This document shows positions 49,409 to 63,653 of a stretch of DNA of 64,000 nucleotides, in pieces; the first letter of the stretch is position 1; each line of letters opens with the position of its first letter. The notes beneath the pieces were generated by a model. That model was not told the origin of the DNA and did no database searches. It saw only the letters and a list, made by a program, of their open reading frames with translations. Both the position numbers and the translations under genes were made by a program. The DNA lies in NCBI GenBank assembly GCA_976226885.1, contig OZ320313.1, forward strand, positions 68,262,001-68,326,000, in the 5' to 3' direction. The DNA is from Iphione sp. A-MEVVRFRX5. Lineage: Eukaryota.

Positions 49409-52400
49409 TTAGCGAAACATGAGGATGAGGCTACGTCTTTCCACGTGCACTTCCATGCCATGAGGTACTTCTAAAAGAAAGCTGGTGAAATGGATCGACA
49501 GGCACTCTGTGCTGACACGGCGGGACCGAATTATCTGTTACGAAAGCCTTTCAGACAACACTGAGTTTTATGGGTGGGAGTAATGCTTACATAGGTATGC
49601 CCCCTCTACAAGTCCTTTTAGTTGACTGTCAGGTGGACTTTCAAAATGGCGACGCTTCTGCACAGCGAAGTTAGTAGGTCCAGGGAAGGCGGTCTCGAGG
49701 AAGTAGGATGCGTGGGCACTGCTGCTCTTTGCTATAACAGCCGTTCTATTGTGACGCAGCCCATATCTGTGTACTCAGATCACGAAGCCTTTTCAGCTTC
49801 CATTGCTGATCTATTACTCTCACCTGTCAGCTCTGTCCGGGCTCTGCCCTCCTCCACCTTGTGAAAGGCCAACGCTGGGTTATGGACGACCTGTCTTCCC
49901 TTACGTGGTCCCATTGTTGCTGCATACCATTCCTTCCTGTCGCTTGCTTTACAACGTATCAGATATATTGACAGCGTAATGCATACCTGCATATTCCCGG
50001 CTTTGCAAATGTTTTGTATCGTAGACCCTCGGAGGAAAATGACGAATGTATTCTCATGGAAAGGCGCTCGGGCGTGAAATAAGATGGATTGATAGTAATA
50101 TGGAGGTATGATTTGATATTCTGAAATCTATTTATAATTCTATTTTTATCCCAGGGTTCTCCTGGCATCTCGAGTCCATCGTAAATCTATTATTGACGTT
50201 CTCTTAACCCACTAAATTGTTCATTCACAACTGGCAGGCATGTCTGCTAATTCGAGGTAATCAACGGTAAATAGTTTATCATGGTAATGTCATTTCAACT
50301 CGCTGCACCGGAAGTGCTAGTACCGCATTTAAAATAAGGCTGGTCACACACAAAGAGTGACAAATAGCATCCCTCAGCCTTCACACGATTCACCATAGTG
50401 GTTACGAGCGGTTCAATTGTTGTGATATTGGAGGACTACTGGGTAGGTAATGATAACCTACCGGTGTGCTCTAGCTTCGGACATGTGGGGGCGGTCGACT
50501 CGTACTGATTAAAGGGCGTTCGGTCTGGCCATCCACCGCCATCTGGCCCAGTCACAGCGTACCTTCAAATATTGACCACTGCCGCCATCAATAAGTGATG
50601 ATCTAATCAAAGGCACCGTCAACAGCCAGTAGGAAAATGAGTTTCACTTGGTGAAACGTACCCAACGTATCGCTAGGAAAGAAAGGTCGGATTAGAGTAT
50701 GTGCACACGATCAATACGCCAGGTCGACAAAACTACCCTTTAAAAACGTACACGTGTATTTCACTTCAAAAACCGTCCATAGGCAAGCCCTCAGATTCAG
50801 TGTCTCATGTAGCACACACATATCCGAATAACTTCGTTCGTGCCCTGAGAATAGTGCATTTATAGTCATGACGATCCAGCCCCAATTCCCTCCGTTCTAA
50901 TCCTACCTATCGATTATGATACAGAACATATGCAGCCTGTCAACTGCAATATGCCCGCACCTCGTCAGCTACGGTGATGAATGTGTCCGTCATGGCAGAG
51001 CACTCTTGGCTTATTCAGGTTGGCCATTTTAGTTTGGTTTCCCGCCTAACGCCCTTCTTGCTCTATGATGGATTGTCGCTTAGGGCCTGTGCGTCCCAAT
51101 TGTCCGTATATATTAAACAATGTAGGGAGAGCGTCACATTGGTATGTGAACAGGGCGAGTATATAAGCTATGTCCTTGGTACAACATAAAACGATTTTCA
51201 GCCGAGAAACTCTTACATTAATAATGTATTTCCACTGCCGTAACAGAAGAGTTGGTTCCGTTAGAGGAACAAAACCCAGCTTTACCCATAAGAGATACAT
51301 GTATTTAATTCACCTTCTATTTATTATTATCTGTTGATTGCAGATCACAGCATGGGGCTTGAAGAATCTTCCCAGTTCAAATGTATTTCTGATAGGTCAC
51401 ATGACCGGAGCAGATCCTAGCCCTACACGGGGCAGGCTTGACTCGGTAAATGGAAGAGCCGGGTAACCGCCCTTTGGCCATTTACATTTCTGGTTTTTAT
51501 CTGCAGGACGTTCAGCCCGTCACACCAGTATTTAAGCTGAATAAAGCAAACGTCATATCGACCAGCTCATAAAAAACTGAGGTCTGACATTTCCAAGGTT
51601 GCAAGGCGCGATAATGTTTCATGCTTAACGAAAACGCATCAAAGACCGCCTCTCGTGCTGTGAAAGGGTATCAATGGATTCCTAGACTAGAATGTAGGCG
51701 TATTCACTCTACGAGAGCTCCACAATGGACCTAACTAGTTCTGCCGAGCACGATATCGGTGTACAGGAAAGCACTCGGGCAAAACGTGACATCTTGCTGG
51801 TGTTCTCTTTCAATTTAAGATGTTCCTTTTCATCAGACTGACTTCAAGATATCCCTTTCCAATGGCGACTTCACGGGCTTTTGCAGCTGGTTACGATGGA
51901 GGCGTCCAATCTATCAGATGTCATCTTCCCACAGATTGAATCAGACACTTGCCATGTACCTACTGAGTGCTGACGGCTGCCATGGGGTTAATCCACCAAC
52001 CCAGTTTCCACACCTTACAAGATTTTCACAGCGTGTGGCAGGCTATAATAAAGTCCATGGAGAGGCACAGTTAAGGCGATTGGCGTGGAGGAATGAAGCC
52101 AAACAGAGATAAAGAACAACATGCTGGACTGACAGTTCTCTTTTCTGAAAATGCGTTTGATGTGAATAGAGATACGAAAAGAGAAGAGAGGTCGACTCAA
52201 AGGCTAAATGAAGATACTGTTATTTCGGTGGCAGCTTTTGTTTTTTGGGGTATGCCTAAAGCCAATTAGGTTGCTTCATGCTGGTGAATAACTATGATAA
52301 CGATGAAAACAAATAGCTTAGCGTTTTTTAAACTTCCTTAACTTTTTCGTGCAAACGTTTTATCATTTTCGATGATAAAATCAGAGCAGTTCCATTTCTT

Positions 52401-55400
52401 ACCACATGCATTTTTTTCTTCCTAATAATATCCATTCCGAAAAAGAAACTTTCAGAGTTGGGTAACAAAATTGAAATTGATATTAACATTATAAGGAACA
52501 ACTTCCGATCAAGTATGATATTTCTCTTTTAAATACATTCACAAATAATGGTTGTGCCTGTCTGAATAGCAGTTGTAACTCTCGTATTTCCTTTAATAAT
52601 GGGGAAACCATGCGAGAAGTTATTTGTGGAAATGATGTAGTTGGCCTCATCAATCCAAAGAGAAATTAATTTAGAGCCTGGAATCCTGGGACCTGTTGTG
52701 AGGTGAAAGCAGTAAAAGCTACATCTCATCTGTCCTGATTAGGTTAATCATTGAACTCCGTTTCTGATGGATGAAAGCTCACGCAGGCAGACTGTTAGAA
52801 TACACTGTTCACAAAAGCGAGACAGCTGTCAGTTCGTCTCCAAAGAAAGGCTTTTTCCGTCCACTGGCTGTTGCTTCCATGAGATGCCATTAAGGCGCCA
52901 TCTTGACGACGACCAAAATGGATTCCGGCTTAGGTCCAAATTGACCCAATGATGACACATTACTTGCAACGGTGCGCGGACCTTCCGCAAACACGACGTA
53001 TTGATGGTCCAATTAGAAACCGGAAGGCATCGGCCTAGAGGGAATGACCGTGGTTGTCTCGTGGTGGACGTGGGAACGAGCGATTCTGCATGCAGCATGG
53101 CGGTTGTTCAACGATATGGCTGCTATCCAAGAGATAAATTAAGGTCGCCCGATTGGGAGGTGGCAGTCATGGTAAAGAAAGAATATAGGACACTTCGTGA
53201 CGGAGAGGTTGACGTAGAGTTACCCCTTTGGCAGCATACTAGAGCCTTTGGATCTCGTAGATGCGTAATGTGTTCTTTTTGGATAGCAGTGCAGTAATAA
53301 GTGGAGCCTATGCATATATGAGCGATCAAGGATAATCTACTAAAAGCATAGCATACTAACTATGAATCCATTATGAATATAATCGAACCTGAACTGTAGT
53401 GGCAAAAACATAAGCAGTGGCCTTTACATATATCATGATATTAAAATTACTACTCAAACATTTATTCAATTTTGAGTCTTTTATTTGATAGAAAAGACAA
53501 CAATGCGGAAACATTACCTAAAATTTCATGCAAGAAAAGGGTCCAAGCAATCTCTATATTACACAAGTCACGTTAGGAGAAACTCTGGTGGTCATCTGTT
53601 AACACGCCTTGCACTGCACTCCCTGTATGCATGAGTGTACGTGCCCGTATTGTCTGCATAATGCTTTGACGTAGAACCCTGTATTTTATGTCGTCAGCAT
53701 CTCTGCTGCAGAAGATGTAGAATCTCTCTCTAATCCTTTGGGAGGCGGAGTACCGCTGCGAAGATACTAATGGCGATGATAGTGTTATGCAGAGTGTTCC
53801 TATGGCTTGTGTGATGTCGTTTGGGAAACAAGGAGATGGTGAACTGGAATTCCTGAATCCAAAACTGCTTTTCTAGTTTATATCAAGGAAATAACGATAT
53901 GTTATTTGATCATGGAAACAAAGGTTATTAAAGATCCTAAAGAGATGTGAATAAATAAAACCTATAGTTGCACAGAATACCAGCTCACACAAATCGAAGG
54001 AGCCTTACATTTTGTACAATCTCCGTATACTGTTGGAAGTGTTTGTTATGATTTAACGTATAATAATGTCATTAGCATGTTTTAAATGCATGTATAAAAT
54101 AGTAAACTACTCCCTAGACGGATAAGCATTCACTCCTCCTGACCGATATAGAAGCAACATGTTTCGAAAGCTAGATCCAACATCGACGTACTACAATTTG
54201 AGAGGTTCATGTCGTTAGCCAGCTGCCTGTTTCTGAGTAATGCTTTATATGCAGAGACTCGACATTAAAGCCCAACCAACTTACGCCATAAAGCACGGAA
54301 CACTCAATCTCATTATGGCAAATTCACTTAGAGTGTTGATGTAAAATCTATCTAGATTAATTGCATAGAGCGCGTGGGGTATGAGAGGAATGGTAATTCG
54401 CAAAGATCAAATGAAGGCTATGTGGGCTTCCGTTTCATCATTTCCCATCGACGAGCGTGTTTGAAATAATGCTTACCTCCTGGCTCATTTTCGTAAATTT
54501 GTAAAGCTGAATTGATGTTTCGCGTGCATAATTTCTGCGTTGAATAGTTTGCACAGAGAGAGATAGGAAATGGGAAAGAAACCGCGATGGATCCTGGTAA
54601 CAGGATCCAGTCTTTTACATTTATGGAATATCAGAGAGACTGTATCGTATTCAGAAAAGAATTGAGCTTTTCAACGTACTTCCTGCGAAGTTGGGCTCAA
54701 AAGACCTCCGCCTATCCCGGTTCAGTCTATTGAAGCCTTGTTATTAACAAAAAAACGTGCTACACACAGAGTTGGATCACATAACAAACACGCACAGTTG
54801 TGTGACTCAAAGATGTCGCTAGCTACTGATGCATAGGGAAGAGTTGCGTGTCGCTGTATCTGTTATATGTATAGAAGAGATATTCCTTAACCCTACGGGG
54901 CCTTTAAATAGAAGGTTTCTTGGGGAAAAGGCACCACGAATACGTGAACGGTACATCCTACCTATATGGGAGAAGCATGAAAGCGCCACGAGCTCATATG
55001 GAAAACATCTACACGCGATGACACATATGTAGTAGTGTCCTCTGAAACAATCGATATCGAGTAGCACAGTGTGATCCCGTCGGCTAGGCAATACGGCATC
55101 ACGTTTTCATTTCATTTACTGTATTGTATTGCTTACCGGGATATTTTCTCATGAACATATTCCTCTCCGAGCAGGTTTTATCATGATAAATAGTAAAAAA
55201 TACGAACTTCCCTTAAGTGAAGTTATAATCTTGAATTTGGGAAGTACGTGCCCACTTATCACGTGTTGTTGCTAGAAAGTAATGCACTGTTGCTTAAAGA
55301 GGTATACAGGGTAGATGGTTTTCAACTAAAATTTTAGTAAAGTTTTACCACCAAATAATTATATGTACTGAGGAACAAATGTACGAACTGTATAGTACAA

Positions 55401-56879
55401 GATGCTGTCTACAAAAACTTAGTTGTCTACGAAGTAACATTTTTTCTTCTGCATATATATTTCCCTCAGTGTCGCAGCTGACAATGCAGTGACTGTTGTC
55501 TCCTTTGTCATGTTACCAAAGTTGGCACAGTACTGCATCTACACGCACTTGTCGTATGTAGCACAGGTAGTACGTGCATCCATACATGGCTTCTCAATGG
55601 ATACGTATATAACAGGACGGGAGGCCTTGCTACAACGATCACGTCCTTCAAATTCCCATCTGTTCAACTAGACGCCATTCACTTATCAAATTCATTGAGG
55701 CAGCCATCAATTCAGCAATCAATGCCATTCATACCACGAAGTGAGGCGTAAAAAATCCGGCGGTCTTTTTAGAAGCAAACATCGTGCGCCGGTCAGTGTC
55801 GACATGTTCCCAAAAGGGACTGCGCTACACAGGACCGGAGTTGGGTGGGGTGAAACCTTCGCAGTTTGACAGGTACCTTGAATAGAATCAACGATGCGGT
55901 AATGCAATGGTTCCCTATGAGTACCATCAGCAGATAACACATTTTAATCATTCAGACTTAGGGCGCTTCTACTATGGACGTCTAGATATGGCACAGTATC
56001 GTTTCTGTCTTCAAACAGAATTTAAGCGCAACGTCAAAAAAAATGCGTTTTCATGCTAAGATAAATTAAGGAAAAATGAAGCTGGTCCTTTTGCAACAAT
56101 GTCAATTGATGCAAACTGGAGAAAAAAGAGAATAGCAAAAAAAAGAAATATACGCCTGTACTCAGCTAAGCTGAAATGACTGATATCATTCTAATAAAAC
56201 CTCATGAAGCCAGCCGACTGACACATAGTAGCAAAAACACCTTTAAATACCCTAGGCTATACTTTCGGGTACTAAATCAGAGCCGATGACAGGAGCTGAC
56301 TACTGGTCGACATAGTGCAGGAATGAGGTATATCATTAGGAGAGAAGACAACAATCACTGCGTTTGTAGCACGCCTTAGATTCAAAGCATGCATATGAAA
56401 TGCCATTTTATACCATTATCTTTTTTTTAAAAAACTTGCTATGCTTCTAGTAGAGCTCTGGGTGATATTTTGACAAAATGCAATGTCGGAAAGTTCATAC
56501 GGTTCTGAATACCTAAATCAGGCAAAAGAACATGCAACGTGCTGAAGATTATCACTTACCTCCTATAGAGAGTGATGCCATTATTGCATGCATTGAAGGC
56601 GTGCAGTCTTTTAAAACAAGTCCTACCTACTCATATATCTTCACCTGCATACATAGACATTTCTTTATATGTAAGCTCTGGGCTCAAACGATGCTACAAA
56701 TGATTATCCAAATATTGGCAGACATGGAATGGAAAAAGAGAATAAAGAGAATCACAAGGCATTGCCCAGTAATTCCAGCAAACCTCGTTATTATGCACGA
56801 TTGACAATACGTGAGCATATTTATCAAGACATAAATATGAATCTGAAGAATACATAGGGAGGGGATGAGTAGCGGTTAC

Positions 56880-58560
56880 GATTTCGATTATTTTAGCTGT
56901 AATCTTGTAGAGGGACACGTAGTTGGCCAGTGTATTAATGTCACCCTGAAGAACCATTCCTCTTCTTCCATCGTGCTTTATGGATGTCACTCGCTATTAA
57001 TTCCAGGAAGGGCCTTGCAAGTCATGAACAATCATTCCGTGCATGAATACACTTTGGCCCAAAGACCTGACATAGAGCTTTCATATTTTTCCCACGGCCT
57101 CGTATGTCTGGCTTTGGCGTAAGGGGTGGCTTGCTTGCAATCGTTTCCCATTGCCCCGTTCACCATCGTAGTCCGCATTAAGGAACCTATGGCCATAACC
57201 ATAATTCTGGACAATTTGACCCATGGTCATAGACCTCCTGCTCAACGGTCGTGCACAGGGCGGCCTTTACCGGAATGGCAGCGAGCAGCTCTGGTCACCT
57301 CCATAAACATGCCAGATGCAGGCGAAGACGGTCCCGGAGGAGGCTGACGTATCGTTGACTTCAATTATCGATAAGTACCAAATGATCTGCCGACGGGTAA
57401 CGGACAATGATAGTCATCTTTTGACAAAGGATGGGCTTGTTTTCATTGTCCATTGAGTCACAGCTGAAAAGCGGTATCTCGCGCGAGGAAGTTTATATAG
57501 CGAACCTGGGTAGGATGTCTACTGTATGTATAACAGGGCCGCCTTTACTCATAAAATGGACGTACACGTGATGTTTTGTCTTAGCAGGAGGCAGTATATT
57601 ATTCACCACCTGTGTCCTAATGTGTTTTGCCTGTTGCTTCATCTTTTTTAAACAAAGAGTGTTGGCTTCAACTCACATAAAACCTTCTGTCCCTTAGACC
57701 TTTCCGAAGAGGCAGCTGCGAACCCTGCAGGACGCTCAATTGCCTCGAGTGTGGAGCCTGAACGAACGGCCTATCACCATAAATGCGTGACTCTCTCAAT
57801 GCATGTCTCTCATTTGTATTGTGGAGGCGCCAACAAAGGTTCAATTTGGGCACCCACTACCGACCCGACCAATGGGTGCAGCCGTAGCCGGGGGCCGTAC
57901 AGTGGCCGAGTTCCTTCATGGTGATGGCCCAAGAGCCAATTTCTCACCCCCACGGAGTAATTACAGAACTGGAGCGCGCATTAGACGACGCGTGTTCCAG
58001 GCGGCATACAGCGGAGAGACTCACTATTTAAACTCGGCGTCTATCGTATGTGCGCCGCGCTCAGCCACCGAGCGTTAATAGGATGCTTGGGGGAGGATAT
58101 TCCCTCGACAGGACTGCTCCCTGGGACATGCCCATTTTCATGACACTGGTTGTGCAACCCGACTCGCTGAAAGTCATGACCAACGTACACAACAAGCGGA
58201 AGCCAATTTCTGTTCTCCTCTCGCATGTCGATCCTCACGTACCGAGCAACAGGGATCGCCCACCGCAGCGCGATGGTCCTACTGTTCAATCCCCCTCTAC
58301 CCAAGTGTGTTAGCCATCCCCTAATATCACTCATTGAACACAGAGACCCCTCCTCTGAAGGCGAGGATGAAATTACAACGTTCGATCTCCTCCCTACCAC
58401 AGAGGAGGGTGGCCCATTGATCTCACACAGCGCTACCACCGTCCATAAATATCTAAAGGGATGGGATGTGGAGGTTGCCAATGTACCACGCCAACACTGG
58501 CTTTCATCCCAGGTCACCCTTGGATTAGGACGAGAAGAAGAGAGGAGAAATCTGTCCATG
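56880..58560 (-). mobile_element. Highly decayed DIRS-like (tyrosine-recombinase retrotransposon) RT/RNase H relic
   Basis: ORF 58041-58559 has EEGSLCSMSDIRGWL and YVRIDMREENRNWLPLVVYVGHDFQ (like AY.H+.+...R.+L.F...G..YQF); downstream GLW and MVLQGDINTLANYV (RNase H-like) occur in the expected order. Motif resemblance only. Confidence 0.4.
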
Positions 58561-59660
58561 CAAGGTTATACAGTTGCCTGCAAATGACACAGAACCCCAT
58601 AATAATAGGAAATCAACATTAGACGTGTGAAATGTCTCAATCTGTAAAGAAAGGAGGCTACAATGTGATCTTGATATTTGTTAAGCCATAAATATTACAG
58701 CAATTTTGACAGCCACCTTAAAACGAAAAGAATATATGGACATTATTCTAGTAATGACGTCGTTTCCGTTATCATCGTTTCCAATTTGAAGATTTGTTGT
58801 TTGTCGATTTACGACGAGTCAAACTCTAAATGAAATGAGCATATCAAGCTGATCCTGTCACATCCCTTATATGAAGGAAGTGTTGTCCTGAACCTATCAG
58901 CATTTTTCTAAAGCCTTTACAACAGACGCCTATCAAAGAAGCAATCTCTGTAATGGACACTGCGAAAGAGCCTTCATGCTGAAGCATATGATTATCATGC
59001 GTTTATTAAATCTATATCGCAGTTCAGCGAGAGACACTTTCTTCTCACATAGGTAGACGGGGATTTTTGTCTGAATTACGTCCGCAGGTCACTTTGCCAT
59101 AGAGATAGTCGATAATGCCGCGGATAGGCTCACTGAACTGGTTCGGGTTCTGTGATGCTGGTATTGCCGGTCCAGCAGCGGCCTGGTATGACCTGTCTTC
59201 TGCGTGACAGGCGCCTTGCTAGCAAAGGATCCCGTATAATCGGGCGTATCAGCAACTACCTGATTCTGGCCCTATGCCATTCCTAGTCTGCATACTCTCG
59301 ATAGGCATAGTTAATCCTTCTTCATCCTTGGTGCATTTGCGAACCAGCTGAGCTTAGCTGATGCTTGATCTGGTTATATAGTCTGAATGGTCGTCTGATC
59401 CTGATCTGGAGATAGAGGGTATCACGCGCCCGTCTAGTCAAGCATAGAAAGGCGTAACTTAGATATAATAAGAGATAATGTCAAATTTACGACTGAAATG
59501 TGACGTCGTATCAGATCAAAGGAGAGGTGTCAGGGGAAAGAATGCAGAAATATGGAAAAAAGAAAATGATATTTTATTAGAGAGAAAACTTGATCTATCG
59601 TACCGTCTTTGTAAGTTTCAAAGGATATCTGCAGACCATCCAGATATAACTTGACTATCA

Positions 59661-59954
59661 GGCTGAATTAGCAGCGTGTTGTCACGGGCATGCTTTCTCA
59701 GGTTGTTGGGCATGTTTTTGCCGAATTTCAAGAGCATACCATCTGCACCATATTTTCACAGGTGTAAAAGCGGCAATTTCAGCTGAAAATCAGTGAATTT
59801 CATGCAAATTTGACCAAAAGGCAGTTCTTAGGAAATTACAAAATTCATCTAAATTTAGCCAAAAAGCAGCAAATTTCAGAGCCTTGCAGGAAACATAGTT
59901 AAAAAAATAAATGCCAACACGCCCATGAAAACATGTGTCTCAGGGAATTCAGCC
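59661..59954. mobile_element. MITE family C copy 2 (294 bp)
   Basis: TCA|GGCTGAATT ... GAAAACATGTGTCTCAGGGAATTCAGCC|TTA; inverted termini; homologous to 5102-5669. Confidence 0.75.
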
Positions 59955-60999
59955 TTAAGTCAGTTCTTTTTTACCAATGCGCATCGAAACGCTAATATGC
60001 ATCCTGTTTGTGATACGTCCATATATAATTCAACTATATAGAAGTGTTTAACTGCCTCCAGAGTAAAACTAAATATACGTATTACCAGATAAAGGTGATT
60101 ACCCATTTCCTGGAGGTTTATAATGCGTGCACACAGGAAGGGAGTTCATAGTAACACACAACGGGAGCATTTCCTTTACCATGTGCTGTTTTGTACCTCT
60201 CATTTCCTGATCACGATGTCTGCCCTGCCATTCACGTCTCTTCTCATTTACACAGAATAACGTATTCTTCAGATGTTGATCTCATCATGTACTTGCACAT
60301 GGTCTAATTGGCACCGTTATCCACTATAACCAAGTGGTAAGTTGTGCAGACGCGGATAAATCCATATCAGTTTTAGTGAGGTAAAGAAAAAAAACTGAGC
60401 GAATTTCACTTAGAACCGCCCCCCAGTGGATAGCCACACTAGCCCTTAGGGAAGAACGTCAGACGAGCAGACTCAAACTGACAGGTACCATCCCATGAGG
60501 CCCGTAGCTTCAGGTTCAGCACTCTTCAGATTCTGAGCTACTTAGCAGTACACCTACCGCTTCCAAGACCCTGATGAGTCTTCTCGGTGTCTATTTGACA
60601 CCTACTTGTGAGGCGACCTATTCACATATTGACCAGTTGAATGTGACGCCTCGGTTTTTCGAAATTCTTTGCAATTTCACCATATAATGAATACAAACGA
60701 TGTCTGTTGCTGTCGACAAATGTCCTGATTTATCTGTGATGATGCAATGGTCTGGCAGTAAAAACATTTTACACAGAGATGTATTAAAACAGATACAATT
60801 CATTTCGATCGGAGAGGCAAATGTCATGTATATATGTACATATATATATATTAAACAAACGTCTAAACGGTAGGCCTTTCGTGGTGAATATTCAACAATG
60901 GTAATCTTCACGTAACAAACAGAGTGGCCTTTCAACCGGCCCTGCAAGCCCTCAAAGTTGCAATCTGTAACCGCCGCTGGTGATGGCATCTATGTTTTC

Positions 61000-61740
61000 T
61001 TCTTATGCTCCTTTTCACTATGGCTGTGCCCACACCACAGCGCCCGCTGAGAAATGGGTTGTACCATCCTCAAACAGCCAGCTTCGTGATAAGTGAGGGC
61101 AGACATTGCCGTTACTGGCCCACACTTGAGAGATTCTGAGCATGTTGGAGCGTGACCGCCAAACCAGGCGACACCCTGAACAAGCCCTGATGAAGAACGA
61201 TGTGCCATTTCTCCGGGGCTTAGGCTCGGATCAGGAACCTCCCTGAGGGGCTGCCGTCGTCCTTGACACACTGGTCAGACGCGACACGCTCATTCTTTAT
61301 CCTCGGGGCCATTTCGACGTTGACTTTTGGACCTGAAGAAAACGCCTTTCCAGGAGCCTTCCCTATTTATCGTCAGGCCTTTTTCAATCTAGTCTTCATA
61401 CCTTGGAGTTTTTATTTCTATACCTCAAGAAGCCACTCCGAAGACTTGGTGGCCGCGATAAATCAAATGCCACGTTAACAAAGAACGAATGCATTGCGAG
61501 ACGGGGCGGTGTGTTGCCTGTGTACACGATCATGTCAACGGGTCGAGGTGGAAATGTCAGACGAGTGACGCCGCTTCCCTCCAGGGTCATACATATTCAA
61601 AACACGGCTTCTCGATATCCCAAAAGGCCTCTTGGGGTCACATAGTCCTATACCGACAGTCATGCATCGATCTCCTCTGGGGGTCACCATATCTATAGGC
61701 GTAAAGGGCTGAAATGGGTACCTGGTAGCTAACATGTAGT
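61000..61740 (+). mobile_element. Highly decayed DIRS-like RT-RNase H relic
   Basis: Fragments NDVPFLRGL, VACVHDHVNGSR and CIDLLWGSPYL fall in the order expected for DIRS pol; many stops and frameshifts. Confidence 0.28.
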
Positions 61741-63148
61741 CTAGCTACTGCAAAACTGTATCCATATGTACATTTATTTATCCATTCCCTGCGGAGTACC
61801 ATATATTATTTACTCAGCAGAACTGGTCATTAAATGTTTTTCCGAATCCGCTGCTAAGGAGCAGCACTGGACGTAAAAAAGAGGTTTTCGAATAACTGAT
61901 CCATACTTGTGAGTAAGACTAATCTAAGCTTATGTTTTGAGAGTCGTCATCATAAATGACCTTTGCCATTATCACACTAAATTTGTGAAATGAGGAAAGA
62001 ATATAAAAGGGTTCCTGTTTACGACTTTTTAACGTTCTTGTTTAGATAATTATGTAAATTGTACTTTTCTATGTATAACTGAAATATATTTTCAATAATC
62101 ACGCAATTTATTTGTCCACCAATCTCAACAAAGACACGTATAGAGGTATAACACTTTTTAAGGAATATACCACCGTTGCTACACTACGTCCAACCTAACA
62201 AACTAAACATTGCCGCATTATCAGCGTTATAATTTACATCCAAAGAGTAATATGATGAAGAACCAAAGCACCGGCCGTAGGGGCAAGGTGCCTCTGCGTG
62301 ATGGCGCCAAGTGGTTCGGTGTGGGCTTCTCCTACGTCCTATGGCGAGATAAGGAGGCGTATTTGGCGCCGCCAATGAGGCGCCAGTGAGATAACCACAG
62401 GGGAGCCGGTAGGAGGACAGACCTTGGAGAGATGGCCCCGACGCCGCTCATCTATCTCTATGCTGAGAAGATAGTGGTAACGGGGCAGATGTCCGGGTCC
62501 AGGGCCACGACCCGGGGCCACCCCGGCTACCTGTGTATATGCATGATGGTATAATGAGAGCGTCCATATCTTTGTCGGTTTCTGTATGTTATTTATACAT
62601 GTAAGTAAATTAATTTAGGTATCTCTGCTGGAGGGGGAAATTTAACCCTTAAACGTCCGAAGGATCTCTGAACCTTCCATTGACCTTTTGTTTAGTAGTC
62701 TGCATGTCTTACATCGATATAATAAATTGAATGCTCCGGCTTCGGGATGAAAATAAAACACACTGGTCAGTGGTCACTCTACTTTGAAGAGTTTTAGCTA
62801 AAGCCTCCGCATAGCATGCCAACAGTTCCCATAAAGGCTGCTCGGTCACTTAGGGCGTGTGTTGTTCGAAGTATTAAGCAGATTTGTTGAGTAATATCGT
62901 GTATATTTTGTTGCTGGAGTTTGTGCCCGAAGGCAAAGGCCAGAAGTACCTTATCCCTTGGGATCTGGTTCAAACTGAGGAGATATTAGGAATGTTGTAT
63001 CCTCTCGGCCGGTTTTTAGGTCCATTTAGTCAGTGGATTATCCTAGTCCACTGACTAAATATTTAGTCAGTGTTCACAGGACGCCAAATCATTGCTCTTT
63101 GCGCTGGCTAACTAGTCCCTGTAGCTCAGTCGGTTATCCAGTGCAAAT

Positions 63149-63410
63149 ATGGCCGCCCATGTACTGCACCGAAGGCACAGGCAGCATGAAGAAGATGAAG
63201 AGGAATATATCTACAGAAGGCCGACCGATCCTCTGGATGTTTTATCGGAATACACAGACAAAGAATTCATTGAACGTTTTCGTTTTCGGCCGCAGACGGT
63301 TGTAGATCTGACAAATTTCTTTCTGCGTCCGTTGTTCAAGGCTTCTCGTAGGGGCTTGCCCATTTCGCCTATCTTTCAAATGTGCATTCTCTTACGTTTT
63401 CTAGCATCAG
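63149..63410 (+). CDS. PIF/Harbinger (HARBI1-like) DDE transposase, exon 1
   Basis: MAAHVL...EFIERFRFRPQTVVDL...ISPIFQMCILLRFLASG matches the Harbinger F..RFR and LRF.ATG motifs; donor CAG|gtgggt, phase 1. Confidence 0.85.
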
Positions 63411-63653
63411 GTGGGTTCAACTATGATATAAAAAGTTTTATATATCTCTTTTTGATATTTCAAAAGTTAAGTTTACAGTCTGACAGTAGTAGTAACGGTT
63501 AGCCACATATTTTATCGGCATAAGACTGATTGATATTCCCATTATCTTAAGATATGTATAGGCTGTGTGGTTAAAGTGAGATGAACAAATTTCAATTTTG
63601 TCCTCTAACGTTTTCGATAAATATTAATGGTATTTGGAATTTCCTTGATGAAG

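Noticed and set aside
52529-52729. ORF vaguely resembling an arrestin N-terminus (FSHGFPIIKGNTRV)
   Set aside because: No usable phase-1 GT donor at the required position, and the motif match is weak.
213-62521. The many other 60-130 aa ORFs in the track
   Set aside because: No recognisable domains or consistent splice structure; many run through microsatellites, MITEs or the antisense strand of real exons, as expected by chance.
62296-62530. GC-rich patch with a Pol III A-box-like TGGCGCCAAGTGG (tRNA or SINE?)
   Set aside because: No B box at a suitable distance, no cloverleaf and no second copy.
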